From an uncultured Actinomycetes bacterium (GTDB taxonomy: Bacteria; Actinomycetota; Actinomycetes; Nanopelagicales; Nanopelagicaceae), in assembly GCA_903902965.1 (NCBI GenBank), contig CAIUXE010000102.1, positions 1,803 through 65,802 of the forward strand: a stretch of 64,000 nt of DNA. Reading direction: 5' to 3'. Made by a program: the position numbers and the translations under genes. Position 1 is the first letter of the stretch, and every line of letters begins with the position of its first letter. The notes under the pieces are model-generated. The model searched no databases. It saw only the letters and a program-made list of their open reading frames with translations, and was not told where the DNA came from. Below are positions 18,131 to 27,080 of this stretch, piece by piece.

Positions 18131-19270
18131 TCAACCCAAATTTCGCGCAATAATTATGCGTTGCACCTGATTTGTGCCTTCATAAATTTGAGTTAACTTT
18201 GCATCGCGCATCATGCGCTCGACTGGATAATCAGAGACATATCCATAACCACCAAGGATTTGAACTGCATCTGTGGTGACTTGCATGGCAGTATCAGAAG
18301 CTAAACATTTACATGCCGCAGAGTAAAAAGTTAAATCAGAACTGCCATTCTGACTCTTTACAGCAGCAGCGTAAGTTAATTGACGGGCAGCTTCGATTTT
18401 CATAGCCATATCTGCCAACATGAATTGAATTGCTTGAAAATCAAAAATTTCTTTGCCAAATTGCTTACGCTCATGTGAATACTTATTTGCTATATCAAAT
18501 GCGCCTTGAGCCAGTCCTATTGCTTGTGCAGCAATAGTGATTCGAGTGTGGTCCAAAGTTTTCATAGCCAGTGCAAACCCAGTGCCTTCGGCGCCTAACA
18601 TTCGATCGCTTGCTAATTCAACTTGATCAAAATAAACCTCACGAGTTGGAGAACCTTTAAATCCCATTTTCTTTTCATGCGCACCAAAAGAAATACCTTT
18701 ATCGCTTTTTTCAACTACAAATGCGCTAATACCTTTGCTTCCTTTTTCAGGATCTGTTACTGCTAACACTGTATAAAACTCGGACTCGCCTGCATTTGAA
18801 ATCCATTTTTTACTTCCTGACAGAATCCATTTATCTCCAGAGCGAACCGCTTTTGTCTTTAATGCGGATGCATCTGATCCTGCTTCCGACTCAGATAAGC
18901 AATATGAGAAACCTTTGCCATTTGAAAGCGGACGTAACCATCGTTCCTTTTGCTCTTTGCTGCCAGCCAATATCAATGGAAGGGAACCCAATTTATTTAC
19001 TGCAGGAATGAGTGAGGATGATCCGCAGACCCGAGCAATCTCTTCAATAATTAAAACCACTGCTAGGGCATCTGCCCCTTCGCCACCAAATTCTTCAGGA
19101 ACATGAGCTGCTGATAATTTATTTGCTGATAGCGCTAATGCTGCTTCTTCTGGGAATCTTGCATTCTCATCAACTTCTCTAGCAAATGGTGCAATCTTTT
19201 CTTCCGCTAATGCGCGCACAGATTTACGTAAAGAGATGTACTCATCAGGTAATTGAAAAAGCGCGTCCAT
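18131..19270 (-). CDS. acyl-CoA dehydrogenase
   Basis: 379 aa with a typical ACAD layout and C-terminus YEGTNQVQRIIIARNL. Confidence 0.9.
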   Translation of the reverse strand: MDALFQLPDEYISLRKSVRALAEEKIAPFAREVDENARFPEEAALALSANKLSAAHVPEEFGGEGADALAVVLIIEEIARVCGSSSLIPAVNKLGSLPLILAGSKEQKERWLRPLSNGKGFSYCLSESEAGSDASALKTKAVRSGDKWILSGSKKWISNAGESEFYTVLAVTDPEKGSKGISAFVVEKSDKGISFGAHEKKMGFKGSPTREVYFDQVELASDRMLGAEGTGFALAMKTLDHTRITIAAQAIGLAQGAFDIANKYSHERKQFGKEIFDFQAIQFMLADMAMKIEAARQLTYAAAVKSQNGSSDLTFYSAACKCLASDTAMQVTTDAVQILGGYGYVSDYPVERMMRDAKLTQIYEGTNQVQRIIIARNLG

Positions 19271-19302
19271 GGCTTAATTAATGCAGAGTTTTCGCTACCG
19301 CG

Positions 19303-21165
19303 CTACTTATTAGCTTCCTTATCTGGCTTATCTGGCTTATCTCGCGGAGTATTCCTTTGATTTAATCCTGAGAGGTACTGGTTATATTTGTCTAATTCGT
19401 CCGGTTCTCCAAATTCATGTGCTCTCCTTGAATTGCGCTCAATTCGCACGGCATCTCTTTCGTCGGCTCTAACCCATTGAATGAAAGTAGCGATTAGTGC
19501 CAACAAAATTGGAATCTCGCCCATCGCCCAACCAATCGATGCGCCCATACGTTGATCTGCCAAGAAATCTGGCCACCACGGCCTCGCAATTTGGGCAAAG
19601 TAGCCACCGTCAACTAATTGTGATGAAGACATCAGCGCTACAGAGAAGAAGGCGTGAATGCTAATAGCCACAAAAAGAATCACTATTCGCAAAATGAATG
19701 GGCTTTTTTGTGGTGATGGATCAACTCCAATGATTACAAAAAACAGTAATACTCCCGAAAGTAGAAAATGTAGCCCCATAAAGAAATGACCAAAGTGATA
19801 ACTCATAAGCCAGTTAAATAGATTTGTGAAATAAAGTGCAAAAAGTGAGGCCTCGAAAATAACCAAGGCGCTTACTGGGTGAGTAATGATCCTTGAATAT
19901 CTTGAATGCAAAATTGCAATTGCATAACCTCGAACTCCTCGCTCTTCTTCAGTGCGTCCAATCGGTAAGGTACGCAGGGCCAAAGTAATTGGCGCTCCTA
20001 AAACTATTCCGATTGGTGCAAGAGTGGCTAAAACCATATGTGAAATCATGTGAAATGAGAAAGCAACTTGTGCATAGACGCCCAGCCCACCATTAACTGC
20101 ATAATCGATCGCGCTGATTCCAAGTGCAAAAGCGATTGTGCGTCCAATTGGCCATTTATCTCCACGTCGAGTCAAAACAATTACGCCTTTTATATAGAGA
20201 GCTACAGCAAGGATTAAAAGTGAGAGAAATAAGCCGTCAGGCTCATATTCAAAAAGTAATCTAGCGACTGTTGGAGTTCCGGGCATTTTTACACCAATTG
20301 CTTCAACCACATCCTTAGAACTATTTACCGGAGGATTCCCTTGACCAAGAAAAATTCCTAGAATTAAAACAGTTGTTAGTAAAATCAGCTCTTGAACTAG
20401 CTGTTTTACAAAATTTTTCTTCTCCAAGTTTTTTCTACTGTATGCAACAAGCCCAAGTATAAATATAAAAATCAGAGTTTTTAGAATTACCAAAATTCCA
20501 TACTCAGATGTGATGTTTGCAAACTTTCCGATTCGAATATAGGCATTAACAACTCCGGTTAACGCGATAGCTGAAACACACCAAAACGCTAGGGATGCAA
20601 ATCTTTTTCGCCCAAATTCTCGGCCCTCTGCAGGCATTAAAAAAAGCGAAATCACCCCACCAAACCATAAAGAAAGTGCAGCTACATGAACTATTACTAA
20701 GCCGATAGCCAACATGTGGTGACCTGCACCGCTTCCATGGCTTTCTAAGTAAGGAGCTAATCCACCTATCCATGCAATAATAATTAAAAAAACTGCCCCG
20801 CCTGTTTTCTTAACTCGAACTGCGGCGAATGTGCAAATCAAGGCAGCAATTATTTGAATCTCAAAAAGTTTACCTAAAGTAGTTTGCGTTATGAAAGATC
20901 GCAAAATGTTCCCATTAATAACTTCAGAGATATTGGTATTTAAGATAAAAGCCACTTCTGAAATCAGGAAAAAAATACTTCCGAGCAGCCACGCAAGTGA
21001 AACTGATGGAAGTAATCTTTGTAAACGGGATGGTTGAAGATATCCCTTTTTCTCGGGAGCTAAAAAGGCAAGCCCTAATAAAATTCCAATTAGTGTAATG
21101 AATGAGGAAAGTACAATAAATTTAGCTAAAAAATGTAGTACCAAATTTATTTCTTCCGTTTTCAC
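19303..21165 (-). CDS. fused CopD-like / cytochrome c oxidase assembly CtaG-like membrane protein
   Basis: 620 aa polytopic protein. Start overlaps the stop of the upstream CopC-like gene (ATGA). Its size and TM pattern fit the actinobacterial CopD/CtaG fusion. Confidence 0.65.
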   Translation of the reverse strand: MKTEEINLVLHFLAKFIVLSSFITLIGILLGLAFLAPEKKGYLQPSRLQRLLPSVSLAWLLGSIFFLISEVAFILNTNISEVINGNILRSFITQTTLGKLFEIQIIAALICTFAAVRVKKTGGAVFLIIIAWIGGLAPYLESHGSGAGHHMLAIGLVIVHVAALSLWFGGVISLFLMPAEGREFGRKRFASLAFWCVSAIALTGVVNAYIRIGKFANITSEYGILVILKTLIFIFILGLVAYSRKNLEKKNFVKQLVQELILLTTVLILGIFLGQGNPPVNSSKDVVEAIGVKMPGTPTVARLLFEYEPDGLFLSLLILAVALYIKGVIVLTRRGDKWPIGRTIAFALGISAIDYAVNGGLGVYAQVAFSFHMISHMVLATLAPIGIVLGAPITLALRTLPIGRTEEERGVRGYAIAILHSRYSRIITHPVSALVIFEASLFALYFTNLFNWLMSYHFGHFFMGLHFLLSGVLLFFVIIGVDPSPQKSPFILRIVILFVAISIHAFFSVALMSSSQLVDGGYFAQIARPWWPDFLADQRMGASIGWAMGEIPILLALIATFIQWVRADERDAVRIERNSRRAHEFGEPDELDKYNQYLSGLNQRNTPRDKPDKPDKEANK

Positions 21166-21710
21166 TTCTTGCGTTTCTTTTTCTTTGGCTTTCGTAATGA
21201 TCTAGAAATTAAAACTAATACCAAAATTGATAAGGCCAGTAATCCCATCATGAAAAAATCAGTTGCTCTTGATGATTTTGTTTCTTTATTTAAATCAGGA
21301 GCGGGAGATTCACTACTCTCTGGGGTTGGAGATGCTAAAGCTGCTGGAGCAACAAAAGTAAATTTGTATTTACCCGTTAAAGTTTCACCTTCAGTTGTGA
21401 CAACTTCATATTCAACCGCATAGTCGCCGCCAATACTTAATGGTTTTAGTCCAACTAATATTTGAGTATCTGCGATTTGGAGTGATCCATCATCTACTCG
21501 ATCGCCATTAGGCGCAGTGACAGTTACTGAGTTTCCAACATCGCCTATGGAGTTTGAAAAAGTAATTGTTGCGACGCTAGGTGCCGAAGATATAGAGGCG
21601 CCAGAAGCTGGGGATGAGGAGGTTAAATCTGCTGCAGCCGCCAAATTTGGGTTTACTTGGATGAGAATCAAGAGCAAGCAAGCGCTAAAAGCCAACTTAA
21701 ATTTCTTCAT
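21162..21710 (-). CDS. CopC-domain protein, membrane-anchored
   Basis: Signal peptide, then LTSSSPASGASISSAPSVATITFS (CopC-type first strand), a C-terminal TM segment and a poly-Lys tail. I prefer the ATG at 21710 (GAGGGGGG upstream) over the TTG at 21722. Confidence 0.7.
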   Translation of the reverse strand: MKKFKLAFSACLLLILIQVNPNLAAAADLTSSSPASGASISSAPSVATITFSNSIGDVGNSVTVTAPNGDRVDDGSLQIADTQILVGLKPLSIGGDYAVEYEVVTTEGETLTGKYKFTFVAPAALASPTPESSESPAPDLNKETKSSRATDFFMMGLLALSILVLVLISRSLRKPKKKKRKK

Positions 21711-21773
21711 AACCCCCCTCAATTAGCCCCAATCGTGCCACTTCCCTAAACTCTGCAATGACAGGAGGTGGCT

Positions 21774-22073
21774 GTGCCTACATACCAATATATCTGTACC
21801 GAGTGCGAACACTCTTTTGAACTGAATCAAGCCTTCACAGATTCAACAGTCCCAACCTGTCCTGAGTGCAAAGGGATTGTCCGCAAAGTTTTTTCATCAG
21901 TAGGAGTTGTCTTCAAAGGCTCTGGTTTTTATCGCACCGATTCACGTGGGGCGGCTACCTCTAGTTCAGCACCTGCAGCTACTTCGACTCCGCCGGTTTC
22001 AGCTTCTCCCTCGTCCTCAGCCACATCAACTCCGCCATCCACTCCTCCATCATCATCCACAGGAACTAAATAA
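21774..22073 (+). CDS. FmdB-family zinc-ribbon protein with disordered Ser/Thr/Pro tail (Rv0991c/Ruc-like)
   Basis: PTYQYICTECEHSF...CPECKG (CxxC...CxxC) followed by a low-complexity tail. I prefer the GTG at 21774 (AGGAGG 5 nt upstream); the GTG at 21768 overlaps the SD. Confidence 0.8.
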   Translation: MPTYQYICTECEHSFELNQAFTDSTVPTCPECKGIVRKVFSSVGVVFKGSGFYRTDSRGAATSSSAPAATSTPPVSASPSSSATSTPPSTPPSSSTGTK

Positions 22074-22112
22074 GTAAGTAGCTAGCCTTCAGATCTCTGC
22101 CACATTTGCACG

Positions 22113-22580
22113 ATGCTAATTAATCTACTTAATCCACGAAGAATAATTCCCCCACAAGACATTGAAAAGATAAAAAGAATTTTGGCATTATTTTCAATAC
22201 GCAGAAGATTTATACTTGCAACTTCACTTACCGTAATTATTGGCGTGACACTTTTTTACCGTCCTACTGCTTCAAAAGTGGAAATCACTGTTCCGGTAAT
22301 TCACAATGGTGAGGTTGGGATTTCATTAATTCTCTCTGGTGCTGAAAATATTTTACATCCACAAGACCGTATAGATTTAATTGCAACAACTGTGCAGCAA
22401 AACATCATTGATGATGAAGTATCAGCAAGATCTTGGACGCTAGCAAGAAACATTAGAGTTATTAAAAGTATTTCTCAGAATCAAGATGTACGTGCCCTAC
22501 TCGCCGTTCAAGAGAAGGACGTTTTAGCTATTGCACAGGCGCGTCGCGAAGGCGAACTAGATTTTTTGCTGCTTCCTTAA
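22113..22580 (+). CDS. hypothetical membrane-anchored protein (SAF/CpaB-like?)
   Basis: 155 aa with one N-terminal TM segment. Follows the FmdB-like gene, where SAF-domain proteins sit in other Actinobacteria. The domain call is tentative. Confidence 0.4.
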   Translation: MLINLLNPRRIIPPQDIEKIKRILALFSIRRRFILATSLTVIIGVTLFYRPTASKVEITVPVIHNGEVGISLILSGAENILHPQDRIDLIATTVQQNIIDDEVSARSWTLARNIRVIKSISQNQDVRALLAVQEKDVLAIAQARREGELDFLLLP

Positions 22581-22582
22581 TT

Positions 22583-22720
22583 TTAAGAGTGATGTGGAGG
22601 AACATCTCTCAAGATTTCCTCATCTCTTGCCCGCTCATCTGATGGGTCAATAAATTCTGGCTTAGACAGTGGGCCCTTTTCTGCAGGCTTTTTTACTGGT
22701 TTAGGCCCTTTGTTTTCCAT
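22583..22720 (-). CDS. possible small protein (45 aa, Lys/Pro/Glu-rich)
   Basis: Hand-translated as MENKGPKPVKKPAEKGPLSKPEFIDPSDERARDEEILRDVPPHHS. Below the ORF-track length cut-off, no obvious SD, fills an otherwise empty 150-nt gap. Confidence 0.3.
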   Translation of the reverse strand: MENKGPKPVKKPAEKGPLSKPEFIDPSDERARDEEILRDVPPHHS

Positions 22721-22734
22721 ATTAGGATTTAACC

Positions 22735-24840
22735 ATGTTTGAGCGTCTTGGGCGAGTAATAGTTCATCGTAAAGCCAGGATTCTGGCTTTATTTCTAGTA
22801 ATTTTCATTAGCGCAGGGGCGATTGGCTCTCTTGCTTTTGGCAGGTTAGATAGTGGTGGGTATACAAACCCAAAAAGCGAATCGGCAAAAGCTTACAAAT
22901 ACTTAGAAGACAATTTTAATATTGAGGATCCAGCAGTCGTTCTAGTTGTTGATTCAGGATCACGAAGCGTTGATGATCCGAAAGTTGTTTCTGATGTTCT
23001 CTCGTTGACCGCTGAACTACAGCAAATTCAAAATGTTAGTAAAACTTTCTCTTATTGGGATATGCGAGCACCTCAGCTTAAGAGTAGCGATGGAAAAGCT
23101 GCTTACATATTTATATATGCCACAAAATCAGATTTCGATTTACTAAGTACTGTCGCAGGGGTAGTTACAAAAACTTTTGGAAATAAATATCGATCGCTAA
23201 CCTTGTACGCCACCGGTACCGGAGTAGCAGGAAATTCTATTAATGGCCAAATTAGTAAGGACTTAGCGAAATCTGAAGCTATAGCAATACCGCTAACGTT
23301 TTTACTTTTGCTTTTTATTTTTGGAGGATTAGTCGCATCTGCCACTCCATTAGTTGTCGGAGTTAGTGCGATACTCGGTTCTTTCTTCGTTATTTTTCTA
23401 GTTTCATTAGTTACAGATGTGAGTATTTTTGCTATCAATTTAATTACTGGCCTTGGACTGGGTCTTGGCATAGATTATTCATTGCTTGTTGTTAATAGGT
23501 TTCGCGAGGAGTTACATCACGGATTATCTGTAAATGATGCAGTAGTTAAAACTGTTGCAACAGCTGGAAGAACCGTATTTTTCTCTGGCTTAACAATTAT
23601 GGTGACGTTGGGCTCGATGTTAATTTTCCCTTTGTACTTTTTGAAATCTTTTGGTTACGCCGGCATCACAGTTGTTGCCATGGCAGTGATAGGTGCGCTT
23701 ATCCCACTTCCGGCAATGCTTGCTCTATTGGGTCATCGCATCGACAAGTACACAGTGCGGAAAAGTGCCATTACGCCTAAAGAACATGGTGGATGGGCAA
23801 ATACTGCACATTTTGTAATGCGCCGACCAGTAGCAGTTCTACTTTTAACTCTCGTCGGTTTGGGAATTTTTGCTGCTCCTATAAAAGATATTGCTTTTGG
23901 ACAAGTGGACTCACAAGTTCTTCCTAAGAATCATCCAGCTGCTGTAGCTGCTCGAGTTGTAGATGAAAGGTTCCCTGGTCGTGAATCCGTTCCAGTTGAA
24001 TTTGTCATTCAAGATGGAATCAAGTTTTTGGGCAGTGCTGAACTTGAAAAATATCAAACAGCAGTAAGTTCTACTAAAGGAATCTTGCACTTAACTGACC
24101 CTGTTACTTCAGGAAAAATCTTACGCTTTACCGCTATCCACTCAATGGCTCCACGTTCATTGCCAGCTGAAGCACTGATTGATAAACTGCGCGAAATTCC
24201 GGCTCCAGCTGGCACATTAATTGGTGGTGCTGCTGCTGATTACACAGATACGCAACAAGGAATAGCAGATGCACTTCCTTGGGCACTCCTTTGGATATCT
24301 GTCTCTGTTTTATTGCTCTTATTTGTTTTTACTGGCTCAATTCTTTTGCCAATAAAAGCTGTTCTACTTAATATTCTTTCTCTTGCTGCCACCTTAGGCG
24401 TCGTAACTTGGATATTCATTGATGGAAATCTCGCAGACTTATTAGGTGGATTTACAGTCACTGGAACTCTAGATACCGGTTCGGTAATTTTAATCGCGGT
24501 AACTACTTTTGGTCTCTCAATGGATTACGAAGTTTTTCTCCTCTCTCGAATAAAAGAAGAGTACGAAGCTGGAAAATCAAATTCCGATGCGGTGGCAATT
24601 GGATTGCAAAGATCTGCACGCATTATTACCGCAGCAGCTTTCGTGCTCGCCGTCGTCTTTGGCGCTTTCATTCTTGGTGGTGTTACCTCAATAAAAATGC
24701 TCGGTTTCGGCGTCGCTTTTGCAATTTTGATTGATGCCACAATTGTTCGAGGATTGCTTGTTCCTGCTCTAATGAGGCTCTTTGGAGCGGCAAATTGGTG
24801 GGCTCCCAAGCGATTAAAACGCTTCACCATCTCGCATTAA
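22735..24840 (+). CDS. MMPL-family (RND superfamily) transporter
   Basis: 701 aa. Two repeated halves, each with one TM segment, an extracytoplasmic loop and a 5-TM bundle. Sequence is typical of MMPL proteins. Confidence 0.85.
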   Translation: MFERLGRVIVHRKARILALFLVIFISAGAIGSLAFGRLDSGGYTNPKSESAKAYKYLEDNFNIEDPAVVLVVDSGSRSVDDPKVVSDVLSLTAELQQIQNVSKTFSYWDMRAPQLKSSDGKAAYIFIYATKSDFDLLSTVAGVVTKTFGNKYRSLTLYATGTGVAGNSINGQISKDLAKSEAIAIPLTFLLLLFIFGGLVASATPLVVGVSAILGSFFVIFLVSLVTDVSIFAINLITGLGLGLGIDYSLLVVNRFREELHHGLSVNDAVVKTVATAGRTVFFSGLTIMVTLGSMLIFPLYFLKSFGYAGITVVAMAVIGALIPLPAMLALLGHRIDKYTVRKSAITPKEHGGWANTAHFVMRRPVAVLLLTLVGLGIFAAPIKDIAFGQVDSQVLPKNHPAAVAARVVDERFPGRESVPVEFVIQDGIKFLGSAELEKYQTAVSSTKGILHLTDPVTSGKILRFTAIHSMAPRSLPAEALIDKLREIPAPAGTLIGGAAADYTDTQQGIADALPWALLWISVSVLLLLFVFTGSILLPIKAVLLNILSLAATLGVVTWIFIDGNLADLLGGFTVTGTLDTGSVILIAVTTFGLSMDYEVFLLSRIKEEYEAGKSNSDAVAIGLQRSARIITAAAFVLAVVFGAFILGGVTSIKMLGFGVAFAILIDATIVRGLLVPALMRLFGAANWWAPKRLKRFTISH

Positions 24841-24861
24841 TGATGCAATAGACTTAAGCAC

Positions 24862-25710
24862 ATGTCCTCAGTTGATTTATTGGCCACTCTTACTTGCAAA
24901 GACCAGCCTGGAATTGTCCATGCAATGACGACAGCCGTGTTAAATTCAAAAGGAAATATTATTGAGAATCAACAATTTACAGATCCAGTAACGGGTTTAT
25001 TCTGTATGCGGACTCGTTTTACAACAGCAGAAACTCTTTCAGTTGCAAAAGAGATTTTAAACAAAGAGTTAAGTAGATTCACTCCGACTTTAGAAATTCG
25101 ACCATTTGAGAATCGTAAGCGCGCACTGATACTTGTAACCAAAGAGAGCCACTGCTTGCGAGATTTGTTGTACCTGCGTGACCTTGGCGAACTACCAGTT
25201 GATATTCCATTAGTTGTCTCTAATCACGAGGAGTTACGTAGTCTAGTTGAATCTCACGGGATCACATTTGAGTATCTTCCTGTTACTGCGACCACGAAAA
25301 AAGATCAAGAAGCTCAATTAATCGAAAGAATTGAAAAGCATCAAATCGATGTAGTTGTACTTGCCAGATACATGCAAATTCTTTCACCAGACTTTTGTCG
25401 TAAATTTACAGGCCACATCATTAATATTCATCATTCATTTCTTCCCGGATTCAAAGGTGCGAAGCCTTATCACCAAGCTCACGCACGCGGTGTGAAAATT
25501 ATTGGAGCAACTGCACATTTTGTAACTGAAGATTTAGATGAAGGTCCAATCATTGAACAAGACATCACTCATGTTTCTCACTCTGCAACTCCAGAAGATT
25601 TAGTTGCAATTGGCCGTGACATTGAAAGAAGAGTTCTTGCAAAAGCGGTTCGTTTATATGCCGAAGATCGAGTATTCCTAGTCGGAGCGCGTACCGTAGT
25701 CTTTTCTTAG
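24862..25710 (+). CDS. purU: formyltetrahydrofolate deformylase
   Basis: 282 aa. N-terminal ACT domain and a formyltransferase core with NIHHSFLPGFKGAKPY. Confidence 0.9.
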   Translation: MSSVDLLATLTCKDQPGIVHAMTTAVLNSKGNIIENQQFTDPVTGLFCMRTRFTTAETLSVAKEILNKELSRFTPTLEIRPFENRKRALILVTKESHCLRDLLYLRDLGELPVDIPLVVSNHEELRSLVESHGITFEYLPVTATTKKDQEAQLIERIEKHQIDVVVLARYMQILSPDFCRKFTGHIINIHHSFLPGFKGAKPYHQAHARGVKIIGATAHFVTEDLDEGPIIEQDITHVSHSATPEDLVAIGRDIERRVLAKAVRLYAEDRVFLVGARTVVFS

Positions 25711-25725
25711 CAACAAAATCCTTAG

Positions 25726-25802
25726 TGGTGTCCTCGACCAGAATCGAACTGGTGACCTACCGCTTAGGAGGCGATCGCTCTATCCAACTGAGCTACGAGG
25801 AC
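25726..25802 (-). tRNA. tRNA-Arg (anticodon CCT)
   Basis: Reverse complement reads GTCCTCG-TA-GCTC-AGTTGGATA-GAGC-G-ATCGC-CTCCTAA-GCGGT-AGGTC-ACCAG-TTCGATT-CTGGT-CGAGGAC-A-CCA. Full cloverleaf with CCA encoded. Confidence 0.95.
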
Positions 25803-25835
25803 AAGACAAAAAGAGCCAAAAGCAGAGTTTACTCT

Positions 25836-27023
25836 TTATGCCCTGATCCTTCGCGCAGCATCTTTAAACAGCTCAAGTGCATCTCGATTTAATTCAATTC
25901 CAAGTCCTGGTCGTTGTGGGATCGTAACTTTCCCATCAACCATGGTTACCTCATCAACTACCAACTCTTTGCGAAGTCGAGATTCACATAAAGCAGGAGG
26001 TAAAAACTCAAAAAATGGCATATGCGGAGTAACGGTAGCTAAATGTGCAGCTGCTGCAACTGAAATTCCAGTTTTCCAAAGATGCGGAACCACAATCTTG
26101 TTATTTTCTTTTGCCATATTGCAAACATTGCGCGCTTCAGATAATCCACCAACGCGGCCAATATCTGGCTGTACTACTCCAACATTTCCATACTTGATCA
26201 AGTCGGAAAATTCATAACGAGTGCTCAACCATTCCCCTGAAGCAATCTTGATTGGAGTTGCTGCAACTAGTTTTGATAATCCTTCAAGATCATCGACCCA
26301 AAGTGGAGTTTCTACAAAGAATAAATCAAACTCTTGCCAAGTATTAATAGTTTTTATTGCCCGGTCTACAGAATCAAATGCATATTGCACATCCACCATC
26401 AAAGTGAAATCTGGGCCAACTGCATTTCTTACTGCTCTGATTACTTCAGTCATTTTTTCATCATCTTCTCTGATTCCCATATTTGCATATGGTCCAGAGA
26501 AAGTTGTTTCTAATTTAGCTGCGCGAAAACCCATCTCTTTTGCAGAGTGAGCCCACTTAACCATTGAAGTTATATAAGCATCAAAGGATCCAACTTCGGG
26601 TTGCAATGATGCATAAGCACCAAGATGGTCGCGAGACTTTTCACCTAATAATTGCCAAACCGGTTTGTCTGCTGCTTTTCCAGCAATATCCCAAAGCGCC
26701 ATATCAATCGCACCAAGTGCATTAATTAATGCACCACGTCTTCCGGTCATCGCGGTTGCTTGGTACGCCTTCCACCAAAGCTTTTCGATCTCAAGCGGAT
26801 TCTCACCAATTAACATAGAACCAAGACCTTGATCCATGGTGTGAGTACCAGGTGCCTCAATGCACTCACGTGCAATCCATGGATTTAGATCAGTTTCACC
26901 AATTCCAACAATTCCCTCATCTGTGTGGACTTCTACAACAAGATCATCCTGAGCCGAGCTAGTTGCGGCTGGGTCATACTCTGGATCTAGGAGAACGTGG
27001 CATTCAATCTTGGTTATCTTCAT
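25836..27023 (-). CDS. enolase-superfamily enzyme (mandelate racemase/muconate lactonizing family; sugar-acid dehydratase-like)
   Basis: 395 aa with ALWDIAGK and candidate metal ligands in LMVDVQ / FFVETP / ASGEW. Confidence 0.8.
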   Translation of the reverse strand: MKITKIECHVLLDPEYDPAATSSAQDDLVVEVHTDEGIVGIGETDLNPWIARECIEAPGTHTMDQGLGSMLIGENPLEIEKLWWKAYQATAMTGRRGALINALGAIDMALWDIAGKAADKPVWQLLGEKSRDHLGAYASLQPEVGSFDAYITSMVKWAHSAKEMGFRAAKLETTFSGPYANMGIREDDEKMTEVIRAVRNAVGPDFTLMVDVQYAFDSVDRAIKTINTWQEFDLFFVETPLWVDDLEGLSKLVAATPIKIASGEWLSTRYEFSDLIKYGNVGVVQPDIGRVGGLSEARNVCNMAKENNKIVVPHLWKTGISVAAAAHLATVTPHMPFFEFLPPALCESRLRKELVVDEVTMVDGKVTIPQRPGLGIELNRDALELFKDAARRIRA

Positions 27024-27080
27024 ATAAAAAACTTACACCACCCACTCGCAAATGTAACTACCCTCCCGTAGATTAATTAC

